64,000 bases of DNA from an uncultured delta proteobacterium. GTDB lineage: Bacteria; Desulfobacterota; Syntrophia; Syntrophales; UBA2185. Made by a program: the position numbers and the translations under genes. Under the pieces are notes generated by a model. The model did no database searches and was not told the origin of the DNA. It saw only the letters and a list, made by a program, of their open reading frames with translations. The DNA lies in the NCBI GenBank assembly GCA_963695875.1, contig CAVOID010000011.1, positions 160,001-224,000 of the forward strand. Reading direction: 5' to 3'. This document shows, in pieces, positions 20,114-30,199 of the stretch; the stretch's first letter is position 1; each line of letters starts with the position of its first letter.

Positions 20114-22867
20114 TTATTTATCGAGTTCCCGCCTCACGGCAATCCCGATTTTCTCCAGAAGGTAGGGTTTCCTTACGTAAGTACCCGCTCCAAGTTCCTG
20201 GGCCTGCCTGACCCGTTCAGTCATGGCAAAACCGCTGACAATAATTGCCTTCTGGTCCTTATGAATTTCGAGAATCCTCCTGTAAGTCTCGAACCCGTCA
20301 ATACCGGGATCCATGATCATATCCAGAATGAGCAAATCGACAGGCTGATTTTTTACAAACTCTACTGCCTCATAACCGCCGGCTACTGAATCCACCTTGT
20401 AACCGATGCCTTCCAGCATGGCTGACGCCAAAAGGCGTTGGCCCTCTACATCATCGATAACCAGAATATGTTCACCCCGGCCAAGATATGTACTCCGTGG
20501 TACAGAGTGTTCAGCCTTGGTTATACCTTCTCTGGTTACAGGAAAATATAGGGTGAAGACACTCCCCTTACCCTCTATGCTTTGTACATCGATGTACCCA
20601 TCGTGATCTTTGATGGTGCCCTCCACAACTGCCAGTCCGAGACCTGTGCCGCTTCTGCCCATTACCTTCTTCGTATAGAAAGGCTCGAAGATCCTACCGA
20701 GGTCCGCAGACGAAATTCCTGATCCCGTATCCGATATGGTAAGTACAGTATACTCCCCCTCCCGCGTGCCGTCATAACCGGAAATCGGTCTGTCCGCGTA
20801 ACAGTTCTCAGTCCTGATCAGTACTTCTCCGGATCCGGTTATAGCCTCTGCAGCGTTCGAAAGCAAATTCATCACCGTCTTGCCCAGATGTGTGGGCGAA
20901 CCTTTTATATTCAAAAGCTCTGCATCCAGAGACGTTTTGAATGTGACGCCGGGATGATGTGACTTCAAAGCCTCGAACTCCGGCGTTTGCAAAAAATCCG
21001 AAATGATCCTGTTCAGGTCCACTATCTCTGAAACCAGCACTCCTCTCCGGGTAAGCGTCAGCATATCCTGGATGATTGCCGCTGCACGCTCACCGCCTTT
21101 GAGAATCTGCATTGCATGCTTACGAAGGGGATTCTCTTGCGGGAGGTTTTGCAGAAGAAGCTCCGAATACCCTACCAGGACACCAAGAACATTGTTGAGG
21201 TCATGCGCCACTCCACCAGCCAGCGTCCCCAATGCCTCCATCTTCTCTGCTCGCTGGAGGCGCGCCTGTAAGATCTTCTGCTCCCCTTCAACTCGCTTGC
21301 GCTCGGTAATGTCACTAAGGAAATTCAACGTGGCCGGTTGGTCTTTCCACGGAATAACAACTGCGTGAATTTCCATCCATCGGACGCTTCCGTCTTTTGT
21401 CACAATCCTGAAAGAATACTCTGGAGGAATTTCTTCTCCTTTGAGTCTCTTCATATGACGCTCAAGAACCATTTCCTTGTCTTCAGGGTAAATAAAATGC
21501 GTAAAGGGCAAAGACCTTACCTCCTCTTCGGAGTAACCAAGTATTTGTACCGTTGCCCGGTTGACAAATGTCAGAACTCCTCCCTGGGCGATGAAAATCG
21601 CCTCGCCGGAGTTTTCTACCACCATACGATACTTTTCTTCGCTTTCGCGGAGCGCCTCCTCCGCTTGCTTGCGCTGAGTAATGTCGGTTAACGTACCTGC
21701 TGTCCCTGTAGCATTACCTTTCTCATCAAGCGTTAGTCGTGCCCATACCTCAATCCAGCGAAAACCTCCGTCTTTATTCATATAGCGAATCTCGTGCCGG
21801 CAATAGTCCTTCTTCCTCTCGATTAATGGTCTGAAGATCTCGAGGTTCAGCTGTCGGTCCTCAGGATAAACGTATTCTAAAAATACCTTGCCAAGACTCT
21901 CTTCCACGGCAAAGCCCGTTACCTCAGCCCAAGCAGAGTTCAGAAATGTCCAGTGCCCTTCTGCATCAGTGCGGAAGACAACTTCCTTCAGGTTCTCCAC
22001 AACAAACTGGTATTGCTCCTTGCTGACTCGCAACGCTTCCTCTGCTCGCTTGCGTGTTGTAATGTCGTTATAAACAATGAAGGCAGCGGGTATACCTTCA
22101 TATTCTATTATGTTTGCTGAAACCTGAACCCAGCGTTTGGATCCCTTCCTGGATTGCAATTCGCATTCGTAACCTGTGACCCTTTTATGCCTGGCCAATT
22201 CGTCGATGAAGTAAGCCCGGTCGTCAGGGCGAACCCAATAATCATGTGCGCGAAGACCTGTTATATCTTCAGCAGAAACCTCGAAAAAATCCACAGCCCG
22301 GTCGTTTAAGAAGAGACCACGCCCGTCAGAAATGGAAGTGACCACTACCGGAAATTCGGCATTTTCAACGAGAAGGCGAAAACGTTTCTCACTTTCATAC
22401 AGTTCCTCCTCTGCCCGCTTGCGATCGGTGATGTCCGTCACCACCGTCAACAGGTGATCTTCACCACGGATTCTAATCCTTGATGAGTTAAATAACCCAT
22501 ATCTCAACTCGTTCCCCTTTGTTCTCGTCTGTAACTCAAGGTTTTCGACACGCCCCTTTGTGTTCAGTTCGCTCAAAAAGGCCGCCCTTTGGTCCGCTGT
22601 GATGTATCCAATACCAGTCGAGGTATTACCGATGATATCTTCCCGTTTGATCCCCATGATTATTGCAAAGGCCTCATTCACATCCACATAGCGACCCTCT
22701 TCGATGGTAGTAATAGCCATAGGGGTTGAGTTTTTTAGAAAGGCTGTCTCAAACCGCTCTTCCCTTTCTCTGAGAGCCTCCTCTGATTCTTTTGTAACAG
22801 CCACTTGACGGCGCAGTTCGTTTAGTTCAGAGATGAGTTGATTCTTCGTTTTCTGTGCATCATTCAT
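20114..22867 (-). CDS. Multi-PAS hybrid histidine kinase/receiver
   Basis: Four PAS/PAC repeats, AHDLNN H-box, FYTKK...GTGLGL, C-terminal receiver. Confidence 0.95.
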   Translation of the reverse strand: MNDAQKTKNQLISELNELRRQVAVTKESEEALREREERFETAFLKNSTPMAITTIEEGRYVDVNEAFAIIMGIKREDIIGNTSTGIGYITADQRAAFLSELNTKGRVENLELQTRTKGNELRYGLFNSSRIRIRGEDHLLTVVTDITDRKRAEEELYESEKRFRLLVENAEFPVVVTSISDGRGLFLNDRAVDFFEVSAEDITGLRAHDYWVRPDDRAYFIDELARHKRVTGYECELQSRKGSKRWVQVSANIIEYEGIPAAFIVYNDITTRKRAEEALRVSKEQYQFVVENLKEVVFRTDAEGHWTFLNSAWAEVTGFAVEESLGKVFLEYVYPEDRQLNLEIFRPLIERKKDYCRHEIRYMNKDGGFRWIEVWARLTLDEKGNATGTAGTLTDITQRKQAEEALRESEEKYRMVVENSGEAIFIAQGGVLTFVNRATVQILGYSEEEVRSLPFTHFIYPEDKEMVLERHMKRLKGEEIPPEYSFRIVTKDGSVRWMEIHAVVIPWKDQPATLNFLSDITERKRVEGEQKILQARLQRAEKMEALGTLAGGVAHDLNNVLGVLVGYSELLLQNLPQENPLRKHAMQILKGGERAAAIIQDMLTLTRRGVLVSEIVDLNRIISDFLQTPEFEALKSHHPGVTFKTSLDAELLNIKGSPTHLGKTVMNLLSNAAEAITGSGEVLIRTENCYADRPISGYDGTREGEYTVLTISDTGSGISSADLGRIFEPFYTKKVMGRSGTGLGLAVVEGTIKDHDGYIDVQSIEGKGSVFTLYFPVTREGITKAEHSVPRSTYLGRGEHILVIDDVEGQRLLASAMLEGIGYKVDSVAGGYEAVEFVKNQPVDLLILDMIMDPGIDGFETYRRILEIHKDQKAIIVSGFAMTERVRQAQELGAGTYVRKPYLLEKIGIAVRRELDK

Positions 22868-23048
22868 ATGTTTCCCCCATTGTTCATAAACCTGCTGAAA
22901 AATGTAACCTCGCTAACCTCCGGGTTGGTTCAGGTCCCTGCCTTGAACCATGTCTCTGACTTGAAGCGAATTGACTTACGCTGCACATCGTCAGCATATA
23001 CGCATGACACCCGGGGCTGTTTGCCTGTCATCCTGGGCTGTATATCGC

Positions 23049-23111
23049 GAGCCTGCCGAATGATCGAAGGCTCATGCTTGGGCCCTTCGATAAGCTCAGC
23101 ATGGCAGGCTT
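23049..23111. repeat. REP-like palindrome
   Basis: AGCCTGCC...GGCAGGCT enclosing TCGAAGGGC...GCCCTTCGA. Confidence 0.5.
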
Positions 23112-23141
23112 GAGTAATTCACGATGACAAAAGGTATTGTG

Positions 23142-24635
23142 TCACGACCGCGGCAGCAAAAAATAGAATGTAGCTCCCTCGCCTATTTTTCCTTCCGCCC
23201 AGACCCGGCCTCCGTGCCTGTGCACGATGCGCTGGACGATAGCAAGACCCACACCTGTGCCTTCGAAATCAGGGTTGTTGTGCAGACGTTGAAAAACGCC
23301 GAAAAGCTTATCGTAGTATTTCATGTCGAAGCCGACACCGTTGTCCTTGACATAGAACGCATCCTCATTACCTTCATTGTAACCTCCCACTTCAATATGC
23401 GCACAATCTTGTAATTTTGTGAATTTGACAGCATTGGAGAGGAGGTTGAAATAGACCTGTCTAACCAGCGCCCCATCACCATAACCGAGGGGCGTGTTTT
23501 TGACTATAAGATTCATCTTCCTGTCGGGGTTGATATTGTTCAGCTCCTTCCATACATCTCTGATGAGATCAACCATATTCAGCTCCGACGTAGACATATC
23601 TTTTCTACTCAGTCGGGAAAATGCCAGGAGATCATCTATCAGCCTGCCCATCATCTGTGTGTTCAATCTTATGTCATTAAATTTACGAATGGTATCTTCA
23701 TCAAATTTATCACCCTGCTTTTTGAGAATCATCCGCGCATACCCGTCAACGGCACGCAACGGAGCTCGCAGGTCATGAGAGACGGAGTAGCTGAAGCTCT
23801 CCAGTTCTTTGTTGGCTTCTTCCAGCTTCTGAGTGTACTCCGCAAGAGCCTGTTCTGCCTGCTTGCGCTCTGTGATCTCCCTCTCAAGGTCCGTTTTGGA
23901 TGCGGTTATGGCCTTCAGGTCAGTGGTCATCCGATTGAAGGCACGAGACAACTCGCCGATTTCATCATTTTTCCTTTCTTCAATGATAAAATCAAGATTA
24001 CCTGAACCGATGACGGCAGTACCGGCCCGCAGCGTCTCTATTGATTCCAGGATGCGGCGATAAGTAAGCATATAGCTAACTATAAGAAATACACCAAACA
24101 AACCTACCAGGACGTATATAAGTGTAGTTCTCGCATTTATTAGCTGGTCCTCCTGTTGGCTTAATAGTTGTGACAAGCGAGAAGCATCTGCTATCAGTCC
24201 CTGGCTCTGGACCGCCATTCGGCTCCATGAGACCTGAAGAAACGCCTGGTCAAGAGCTGTGTTCCGCTTTGTGGATAAGTTTCCTACAGCGGAAACTGTA
24301 CTGTCGAACACCTCCTTCATCCGGCTTTGATTTGCCTGTATATTGGCGACGAGCGCCTGCTGATCGGGCATATCTACATGCAGGCTGGCCACTTGTTCAG
24401 AAAACGAGGCAAACCTGGATTGCCATCGTTTGAGCTGCTGGCTTTCGCGGTAGATCAGGTAATCATTGGCCAGGTAGCCGAGCTCGCTTGCGCCCTGGGC
24501 GATATCAACGGTGATCCTTTCCTGTTCTCCTACCTTCTCTGCCTGTTGATTCGTGATTATCGCCGACGCCGCAATAACGGCCAGGACAATGCCGAAGAGA
24601 AGCATGGTGATGATGAATTGTGTTTTGAGTCTCAT
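23142..24635 (-). CDS. Membrane HAMP-domain histidine kinase
   Basis: Two TMs, HAMP (DEIGELSRAFNRM), SVSHDLRAPL, GTGVGLAIV. Confidence 0.95.
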   Translation of the reverse strand: MRLKTQFIITMLLFGIVLAVIAASAIITNQQAEKVGEQERITVDIAQGASELGYLANDYLIYRESQQLKRWQSRFASFSEQVASLHVDMPDQQALVANIQANQSRMKEVFDSTVSAVGNLSTKRNTALDQAFLQVSWSRMAVQSQGLIADASRLSQLLSQQEDQLINARTTLIYVLVGLFGVFLIVSYMLTYRRILESIETLRAGTAVIGSGNLDFIIEERKNDEIGELSRAFNRMTTDLKAITASKTDLEREITERKQAEQALAEYTQKLEEANKELESFSYSVSHDLRAPLRAVDGYARMILKKQGDKFDEDTIRKFNDIRLNTQMMGRLIDDLLAFSRLSRKDMSTSELNMVDLIRDVWKELNNINPDRKMNLIVKNTPLGYGDGALVRQVYFNLLSNAVKFTKLQDCAHIEVGGYNEGNEDAFYVKDNGVGFDMKYYDKLFGVFQRLHNNPDFEGTGVGLAIVQRIVHRHGGRVWAEGKIGEGATFYFLLPRS

Positions 24636-24739
24636 GACGTCTTCCTTCCGTTGGAATTAGGAATGGGAAGAGTTTGGTATTCCCCATTTGTCGCATTCAT
24701 ATCTTTCCCATTTCTTCTATTCCGCATTTCTCGCTTATC

Positions 24740-25750
24740 TCACCGTATTATACTCACCGCTTCAGGCTTCACCGCTTTCATACCATCCAGATAGATGTAA
24801 TCCAAAAAATCGGGGACATTCTTTCCAGTCGTAAGTTTGTTCTTTATCATCCACCGTGCTTCATCTTCCATGGCGAGCAGGAGAGATTGGTCTAGCGAGA
24901 GGGAGTAATAGTTCCGCTGCCAGATCCTGTTGACATATTCAGCGTCTAAGTTGAGTCGTTTCTGCACGATCGCCTTGGCCTCTTTCGGATGTTGGACGAT
25001 GTACATGTTGGCCTGGTCGACCGCTTTCAAGAGCCGGACCACCAGGTCGGGGTTCTGGGCGATCCAATCATCCAGGCAGGTAAGGACCCCGAAAAGCCAC
25101 TGGCCGCGTTGTGTGGACCAGTCGACCACGCCGGCGCCAAAGAAGCTCTTGATCGAATCGTAATATGGCGGGAGGGTGACAACAGCGTCCACCTCCCCTT
25201 CCTTGATGGATCCGACAACTGCGGAAAAATTCATGTTAACCAGGGTGACATCATTTATACTCATACCACGCAAGTCAAGGAACCTGCCTAAGAAGAATTC
25301 CTCAATTGTATTTCTCATGAGACCGATCCTCTTACCAGCAAGATCGGATGGTTTCTCGATCCCATGATCCTTTCTTCCGATAATATGGAAAAAATCGCCC
25401 TTTACAATAGTGGAGATGATGTGTACCTTCTCGTGCCTGAACACACCACCTACAACCACGTACTCGGTTGGCCCCGAAACATTGACCTCCCTTTTGAGCA
25501 TAGCGTTGTACGAGTCAAGACCCGATTCAAAGGGACGCAATGTCACATTTACTCCGTTACCGGCAAAGAAGCCAAGTTCATCTGCGATATATATCCCCGC
25601 CGCAGCTTCGGTAACAGCGAAACCGAGCGTGACTGATCCGACGATTTTAACGTTTTGCTGCTTCGAATTATAGATATACAATGCTACAGGTCCCGCTATC
25701 GCGAATATCAAGATGACTATTATCGCTATATTTGTTTTCGTCCTCACCAT
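24740..25750 (-). CDS. NMT1/SsuA-like periplasmic substrate-binding protein
   Basis: N-terminal anchor, YIADELGFF, DLAGKRIG, LLAMEDEARW. Confidence 0.85.
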   Translation of the reverse strand: MVRTKTNIAIIVILIFAIAGPVALYIYNSKQQNVKIVGSVTLGFAVTEAAAGIYIADELGFFAGNGVNVTLRPFESGLDSYNAMLKREVNVSGPTEYVVVGGVFRHEKVHIISTIVKGDFFHIIGRKDHGIEKPSDLAGKRIGLMRNTIEEFFLGRFLDLRGMSINDVTLVNMNFSAVVGSIKEGEVDAVVTLPPYYDSIKSFFGAGVVDWSTQRGQWLFGVLTCLDDWIAQNPDLVVRLLKAVDQANMYIVQHPKEAKAIVQKRLNLDAEYVNRIWQRNYYSLSLDQSLLLAMEDEARWMIKNKLTTGKNVPDFLDYIYLDGMKAVKPEAVSIIR

Positions 25751-26122
25751 TTTTCCTACCGCCCGATGATATTTATCGAATCCGGATAGACCTCCTTGAG
25801 GCTCTTGGTATGGCCTTGATCAAGGAAAAGAGATATCTGATTTTCAGACCGCGTGACCATAACCGCCGTAAGCAGTATTAATCTTCGTGTTCGTTCAGCA
25901 TGGTGCTGTAGCACATTTTCTTCTTGATTGATGATCATCTCTGCTTCAGTCATCATTGAGTGGTTCGCTTTTTTTGATGATTTGATCTGATGATAGTTAC
26001 TTTTTTTGTTGTCGAAGTATAAGGAGAAGAGATTGGTGTGTCAAGGGAAAATGACCACAAAATCCAGTGAATGCCGATGGCGCTTTCAGCGATATTGTGA
26101 GGATAATGTGCGGGATGGCTCT

Positions 26123-26833
26123 TCAGAAATTCAATCGTTCTCTGAGCAGCTTGAGGTGTCTCCTGCTGACGGGCACGTGGTGGCCGGACTTTGTTTTGAT
26201 TTCGGCGAGCATGTTTTCATGGAGAATGATCTCGTCCACGCCTTCAATATTGACAAGAAACTGTTTATGGCACCGTACAAGATCAGTCCTGTCTTCAAGC
26301 ACCTTGAGCGTAAGGTCGGTATAGAACTCACCGGCCGGGCAGATCACGTATACCCCTGTCTCATTGGATTTTACGTAATCGACTTCCGATGCATTGATAA
26401 GCTTTATCTTGGAAGAAAGGACGCACGGTATTTTCTTGATATCCGGTCCCGTGTAGACCGGCTTCTCACCCCCGTTCAGCATCCTCTTGAGCTTCCGGAC
26501 AGTCTTCGCCAGTCTGCCTTTTTCCACCGGTTTGAGGAGATAGTCGAGGGTGTTTTCCTCGAATGCTTTGAGGGCATATTCATCATAGGCGGTGACGAAG
26601 ACGACGTTCGGCATTAAGCTGTCGTCAATCATGCTGAGAAGCTCGAAGCCGTTTATCACCGGCATCTGGACATCGAGGAAGAGGACGTCCGGCTTTTCCT
26701 TTTTTATTGCCTGAATCGCTTCGACGGCGTTGGCACATTTCCCGGAGATGATGAATTCACCGGTTTCTTTCAGCATGGCCTCAAGCTCTTCGCGGGAGTG
26801 TATTTCATCATCTATGATAAGGGCGCGCATCAT
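26123..26833 (-). CDS. btsR: LytTR response regulator, BtsR/YehT-like
   Basis: Receiver plus LTLKVLE, RCHKQFLVN, VPVSRRHLK. Confidence 0.88.
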   Translation of the reverse strand: MMRALIIDDEIHSREELEAMLKETGEFIISGKCANAVEAIQAIKKEKPDVLFLDVQMPVINGFELLSMIDDSLMPNVVFVTAYDEYALKAFEENTLDYLLKPVEKGRLAKTVRKLKRMLNGGEKPVYTGPDIKKIPCVLSSKIKLINASEVDYVKSNETGVYVICPAGEFYTDLTLKVLEDRTDLVRCHKQFLVNIEGVDEIILHENMLAEIKTKSGHHVPVSRRHLKLLRERLNF

Positions 26834-28507
26834 GCCTTATGGGCCTCCAGGGGGATTTTTATGGTAACACGCGTCATTTCGTTCGGCACACAGGAAACCG
26901 TTGTTCCGAATTCATTGCCGAAGAGGCTCTTGATGCGCCTGTCGACGATCTTTATTCCGAGGCCGTCGTTTGTTTCATTTTCATGGAAGGTCCCGGCATT
27001 ATCCTCGATCTCAATAAACGCCAGACCATCCTCCCGGTAAGCGTGGATTTTTGCCGTCCCCTGCTCCAGCATATTGGAAATCCCGTGTTTGATGGCGTTC
27101 TCTATCAGAGGCTGAAGGGTAAAGGTGGGGATTTTCAGTTTCAGAAGGGAGGGATCAATCTCCATCTGTATTACCAAACGGTCGTCGAACCGCGCCTTCT
27201 CTATCTGAAGGTAGGAGTTTACCTGATCGAGTTCCTCTTCAAGTGTGGAGAGGTCATTGCCGCGTTTCAGGTTCTTCCGGAAAAAATTGGAAAGATGGAT
27301 CAGCAGATCCCTTGCCCTGGCCGCGTTATTCCGGGTAATGGAAATAATGGTATTCAGAGAGTTAAACAGGAAATGGGGATTTATCTGTGCCTGGAGGAGT
27401 TTCAGTTCCGTCTGTACGAGAAGATTCTTCTGCCGCTCGTAGCGTGACAACAGAAGCTGGTTCGAAAGAAGATTCGTGATCCCTTCCCCAAGCGTCTTAT
27501 TCATATTGAGAAATTGTTTGTTCCGGGGCTCATAGAGTTTGATCGTGCCGATCACGTCATTGTCGATATGGAGAGGAACCACAAGTACCGAATTAAGCGG
27601 GCATGCATCGGAAAGGGGACAGATGTAACGCTCTCTTTCGCCATCGGCGAAGATGACTTTATTTTCCGCGATTGCCGTCTTCGTCAGTGGCGAAACGATG
27701 GGACCGCCCGGCTTATGATGGTCCGAACCGTGACCGATGAAATGCCATGACTTTCTCCTTGTCGGTAATCGCCACCGCACCCACACCCGTCTCTTCGTGG
27801 ATGATCTTTGCCAGATCCACTGCCGTTTCCTGGTTGACCCCCCTGCCAAGAAAGTTCAGCGTCCTTTCCGCAATCTTAAATGCCTTTGCCGATGAGATGG
27901 CTGCCACCCTCTCGTACACATTTTTCTGGTCACGGCCGATACTCATGAAGAGCGCCGTACCTACAGAGCTCGACAGGATCATCGGTACGGCAATGACTTT
28001 AACGAGGGCAAGGGCATCCGTATATGGCCGGGATACGAGGAGTATGATGGCCATCTGGACCATTTCCGCGAAGAAGGTGGTGATAAAGGCGACCTTGGGG
28101 TCGAATACAAGATCCGTCTTGTTCGCTCTGCGCAGGTACAGATGCACGAGCCCGCCGATAGTACCCTCGACAGTCGTGGACAATCCGCAGGAGAAAGCGG
28201 TGAATCCTCCCAGAAAATATCTATGAAGACCACCTGTGAATCCTACGGCTGTCCCGAGGATGGGCCCTCCGATTATGCCGGCCAGTACCGGGCCTATGGC
28301 CCTGGTATTGGCGATGGCGTCATGAATGGGTATGCCGAGGTACGTCCCCATTATCGATACGGCAGAGAAGAAAAAGTAGAGATAGATCTTGTCGCGCGTA
28401 CGCAGGGAGTCAGTGGTCAGGGGCTTAAACCACGGCGACTTGCAGTATAGATAGGCAATGACCAGAAAAACCGACATCGCCTGGATCAAACGAAACAGAA
28501 GTTCCAT
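26830..28507 (-). CDS. btsS: LytS-family sensor kinase, BtsS/YehU-like (one +1 frameshift near 27743)
   Basis: 5TM-LytS (AIANTRAIG), GAF, QAQINPHFLFN, LQPLIENAIKHG; removing one T restores KVMAFIGHGSDHH. Confidence 0.88.
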
Positions 28508-28750
28508 ATTTTTGTGAATGCGTCCTTTCTTAAGGATCAAATATAATAACAACGGCAATACGTGTCAATGGTAAATACATTACGGGCCGTTACACCCCGC
28601 ATCTCCCCTGCCCTGTCATGCCCGCCCTCGCCCGATACGAACCATGTCTTCGGGCGCCATGCAACTTATTTCAATTGACAGATGTACTCATTTCCCTTAG
28701 CATTGGTAGGTGACATCAGGCATTTGAACAACTCCAAGAGGGCGTCTGAC

Positions 28751-28957
28751 ATGAAGAAATTGTATCTATCAACTTCCGACAAGAAGATCGGTGGCGTATG
28801 CGGAGGAATAGGGGAATACTTTGATAAAGATCCGACACTGATAAGGATCCTTTTTATTCTGGTGATTCTATTTTCATTTGGGTTCGGTATTTTAGCCTAT
28901 CTGGCTATGTGGCTTGTCATCCCAAAGAGACCGGATACATTGAAGGATCGCCTTTAG
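28751..28957 (+). CDS. PspC domain protein
   Basis: KKLYLSTSDKKIGGVCGGIGEYF...AYLAMWLVIP. Confidence 0.92.
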   Translation: MKKLYLSTSDKKIGGVCGGIGEYFDKDPTLIRILFILVILFSFGFGILAYLAMWLVIPKRPDTLKDRL

Positions 28958-28991
28958 AACAACAACAGGTAAATCACAACATCCAGACAAT

Positions 28992-29107
28992 TGAAGCTCT
29001 CTGCGGTAAACTGCAGAGAATCCTCGATCCACAAGGAATATTATTGTTCCCCATTTGCTTGCTTACCCCGCAGCAAGCTACGGAGGATGCTCTCGCTCCC
29101 GGATTCA
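28992..29107. repeat. ~115 bp two-hairpin element, TGAAGCT family B copy 2
   Basis: Aligns with 8223-8336; CTCTGCGGTAAACTGCAGAG hairpin. Confidence 0.8.
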
Positions 29108-29174
29108 ATAGTTGACAAAACGCCGTATTTTGAATATTAATGTCCCAATATCAAAGACAGTAAGGAGGATAAAA

Positions 29175-29522
29175 ATGATGAAAAAGATTTTGTGGAAAAT
29201 TCTTATTATCAGTTTTGCAGTGGTATTTGTCAGTGCTATAGGTTTTGCTGCGGAGAAAAAAGCGACGTCCTTACCGACGGATGTAAAAACCGCAGAAAAA
29301 AAGGTAGAAGCAGCTAAGGCGGAACTTCTCGATATTAACACCGCAAGCAAAGAAACGCTGATGAAGCTGCCCGGTATCGGTGATGTTTATGCAAAGAAGA
29401 TAGTTGACGGCCGTCCGTATGTAAAGAAGGATCAGCTCAAATCGAAAAAAATCATACCCGCGGATGCCTACGACAAAATAAAGGACATGATCATCGCCAA
29501 ACAACCACCGAAGAAAAAGTAA
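29175..29522 (+). CDS. ComEA-like helix-hairpin-helix protein (paralog 2)
   Basis: RBS AAGGAGG; LLDINTAS, LPGIGDVYAKKIVDGRPY. Confidence 0.92.
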   Translation: MMKKILWKILIISFAVVFVSAIGFAAEKKATSLPTDVKTAEKKVEAAKAELLDINTASKETLMKLPGIGDVYAKKIVDGRPYVKKDQLKSKKIIPADAYDKIKDMIIAKQPPKKK

Positions 29523-29550
29523 ATAATGTATTTGTGTTGATTAAAAGATA

Positions 29551-29580
29551 AGCCCCGGGGAACCCTCCGGGGTTTTTCTT
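29551..29580 (+). terminator. Intrinsic terminator
   Basis: CCCCGG...CCGGGG stem followed by TTTTTCTT. Confidence 0.72.
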
Positions 29581-29633
29581 CTTTGCCCTTCCCTCCCCCG
29601 TCATTCCCACCCTACTCTATCATTCCGTGCTTG

Positions 29634-29763
29634 GAGACTGTGTCGTAATTCTTTCTTTTGTCATTTCGAGTGAAACGAGAAATCCTAATGGCTTGTGATA
29701 TTAATACAATAAGATTCCTCACATTCGTTCGGAATGACACTTTTCTTTATACGACACAGTCTC
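29634..29763. mobile_element. 130 bp MITE with 14 bp perfect TIRs and TTG target duplication
   Basis: GAGACTGTGTCGTA ... TACGACACAGTCTC flanked by TTG on both sides. Confidence 0.8.
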
Positions 29764-29892
29764 TTGACATGGAATCCATGAACAAACGGATTCCACTCCT
29801 TTGAATCAGGAAAAATCTCTTGACTGATTCCATATTCACATATATTTTTCACTTAAACTTCAACCAGATATTAAGGAGAATATAAAGAAATC

Positions 29893-30084
29893 ATGAAGCC
29901 TTTTACAATCATCGCAATAGTGATTTTTTCGTTTATTGCATTTGCACATCTTCTCCGCTTCTTTTTCTGTGCGGATGTTATCGTCAATGGCATTTCCATT
30001 CCCTTATGGGTGAGTGCAATCGCAGCCGTAATCTCCGGGGGGCTCGCATACATGCTCTGGCGGGAGAATCGCCCGAAAAAGTAA
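29893..30084 (+). CDS. Small two-TM hypothetical protein
   Basis: RBS AAGGAG; AHLLR...IPLWVS pattern. Confidence 0.7.
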   Translation: MKPFTIIAIVIFSFIAFAHLLRFFFCADVIVNGISIPLWVSAIAAVISGGLAYMLWRENRPKK

Positions 30085-30199
30085 GCCCTCGTTACTATTA
30101 TTACCGGCCTGTCCCAACTCACAAAGGAGGAAGAGCCATAATCATCTTGCTACCCACTACCTCACTTCGGTGTAACCTGCATAATACAGGATTAAACCC

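Noticed and set aside
26048..26092. Possible second LytTR site downstream of btsR
   Set aside because: Repeats are too degenerate and do not match the motif seen at cstA.
26830..28558. Two separate genes for the LytS membrane and kinase parts
   Set aside because: One extra T explains the split; the joined sequence is a normal BtsS-like kinase.
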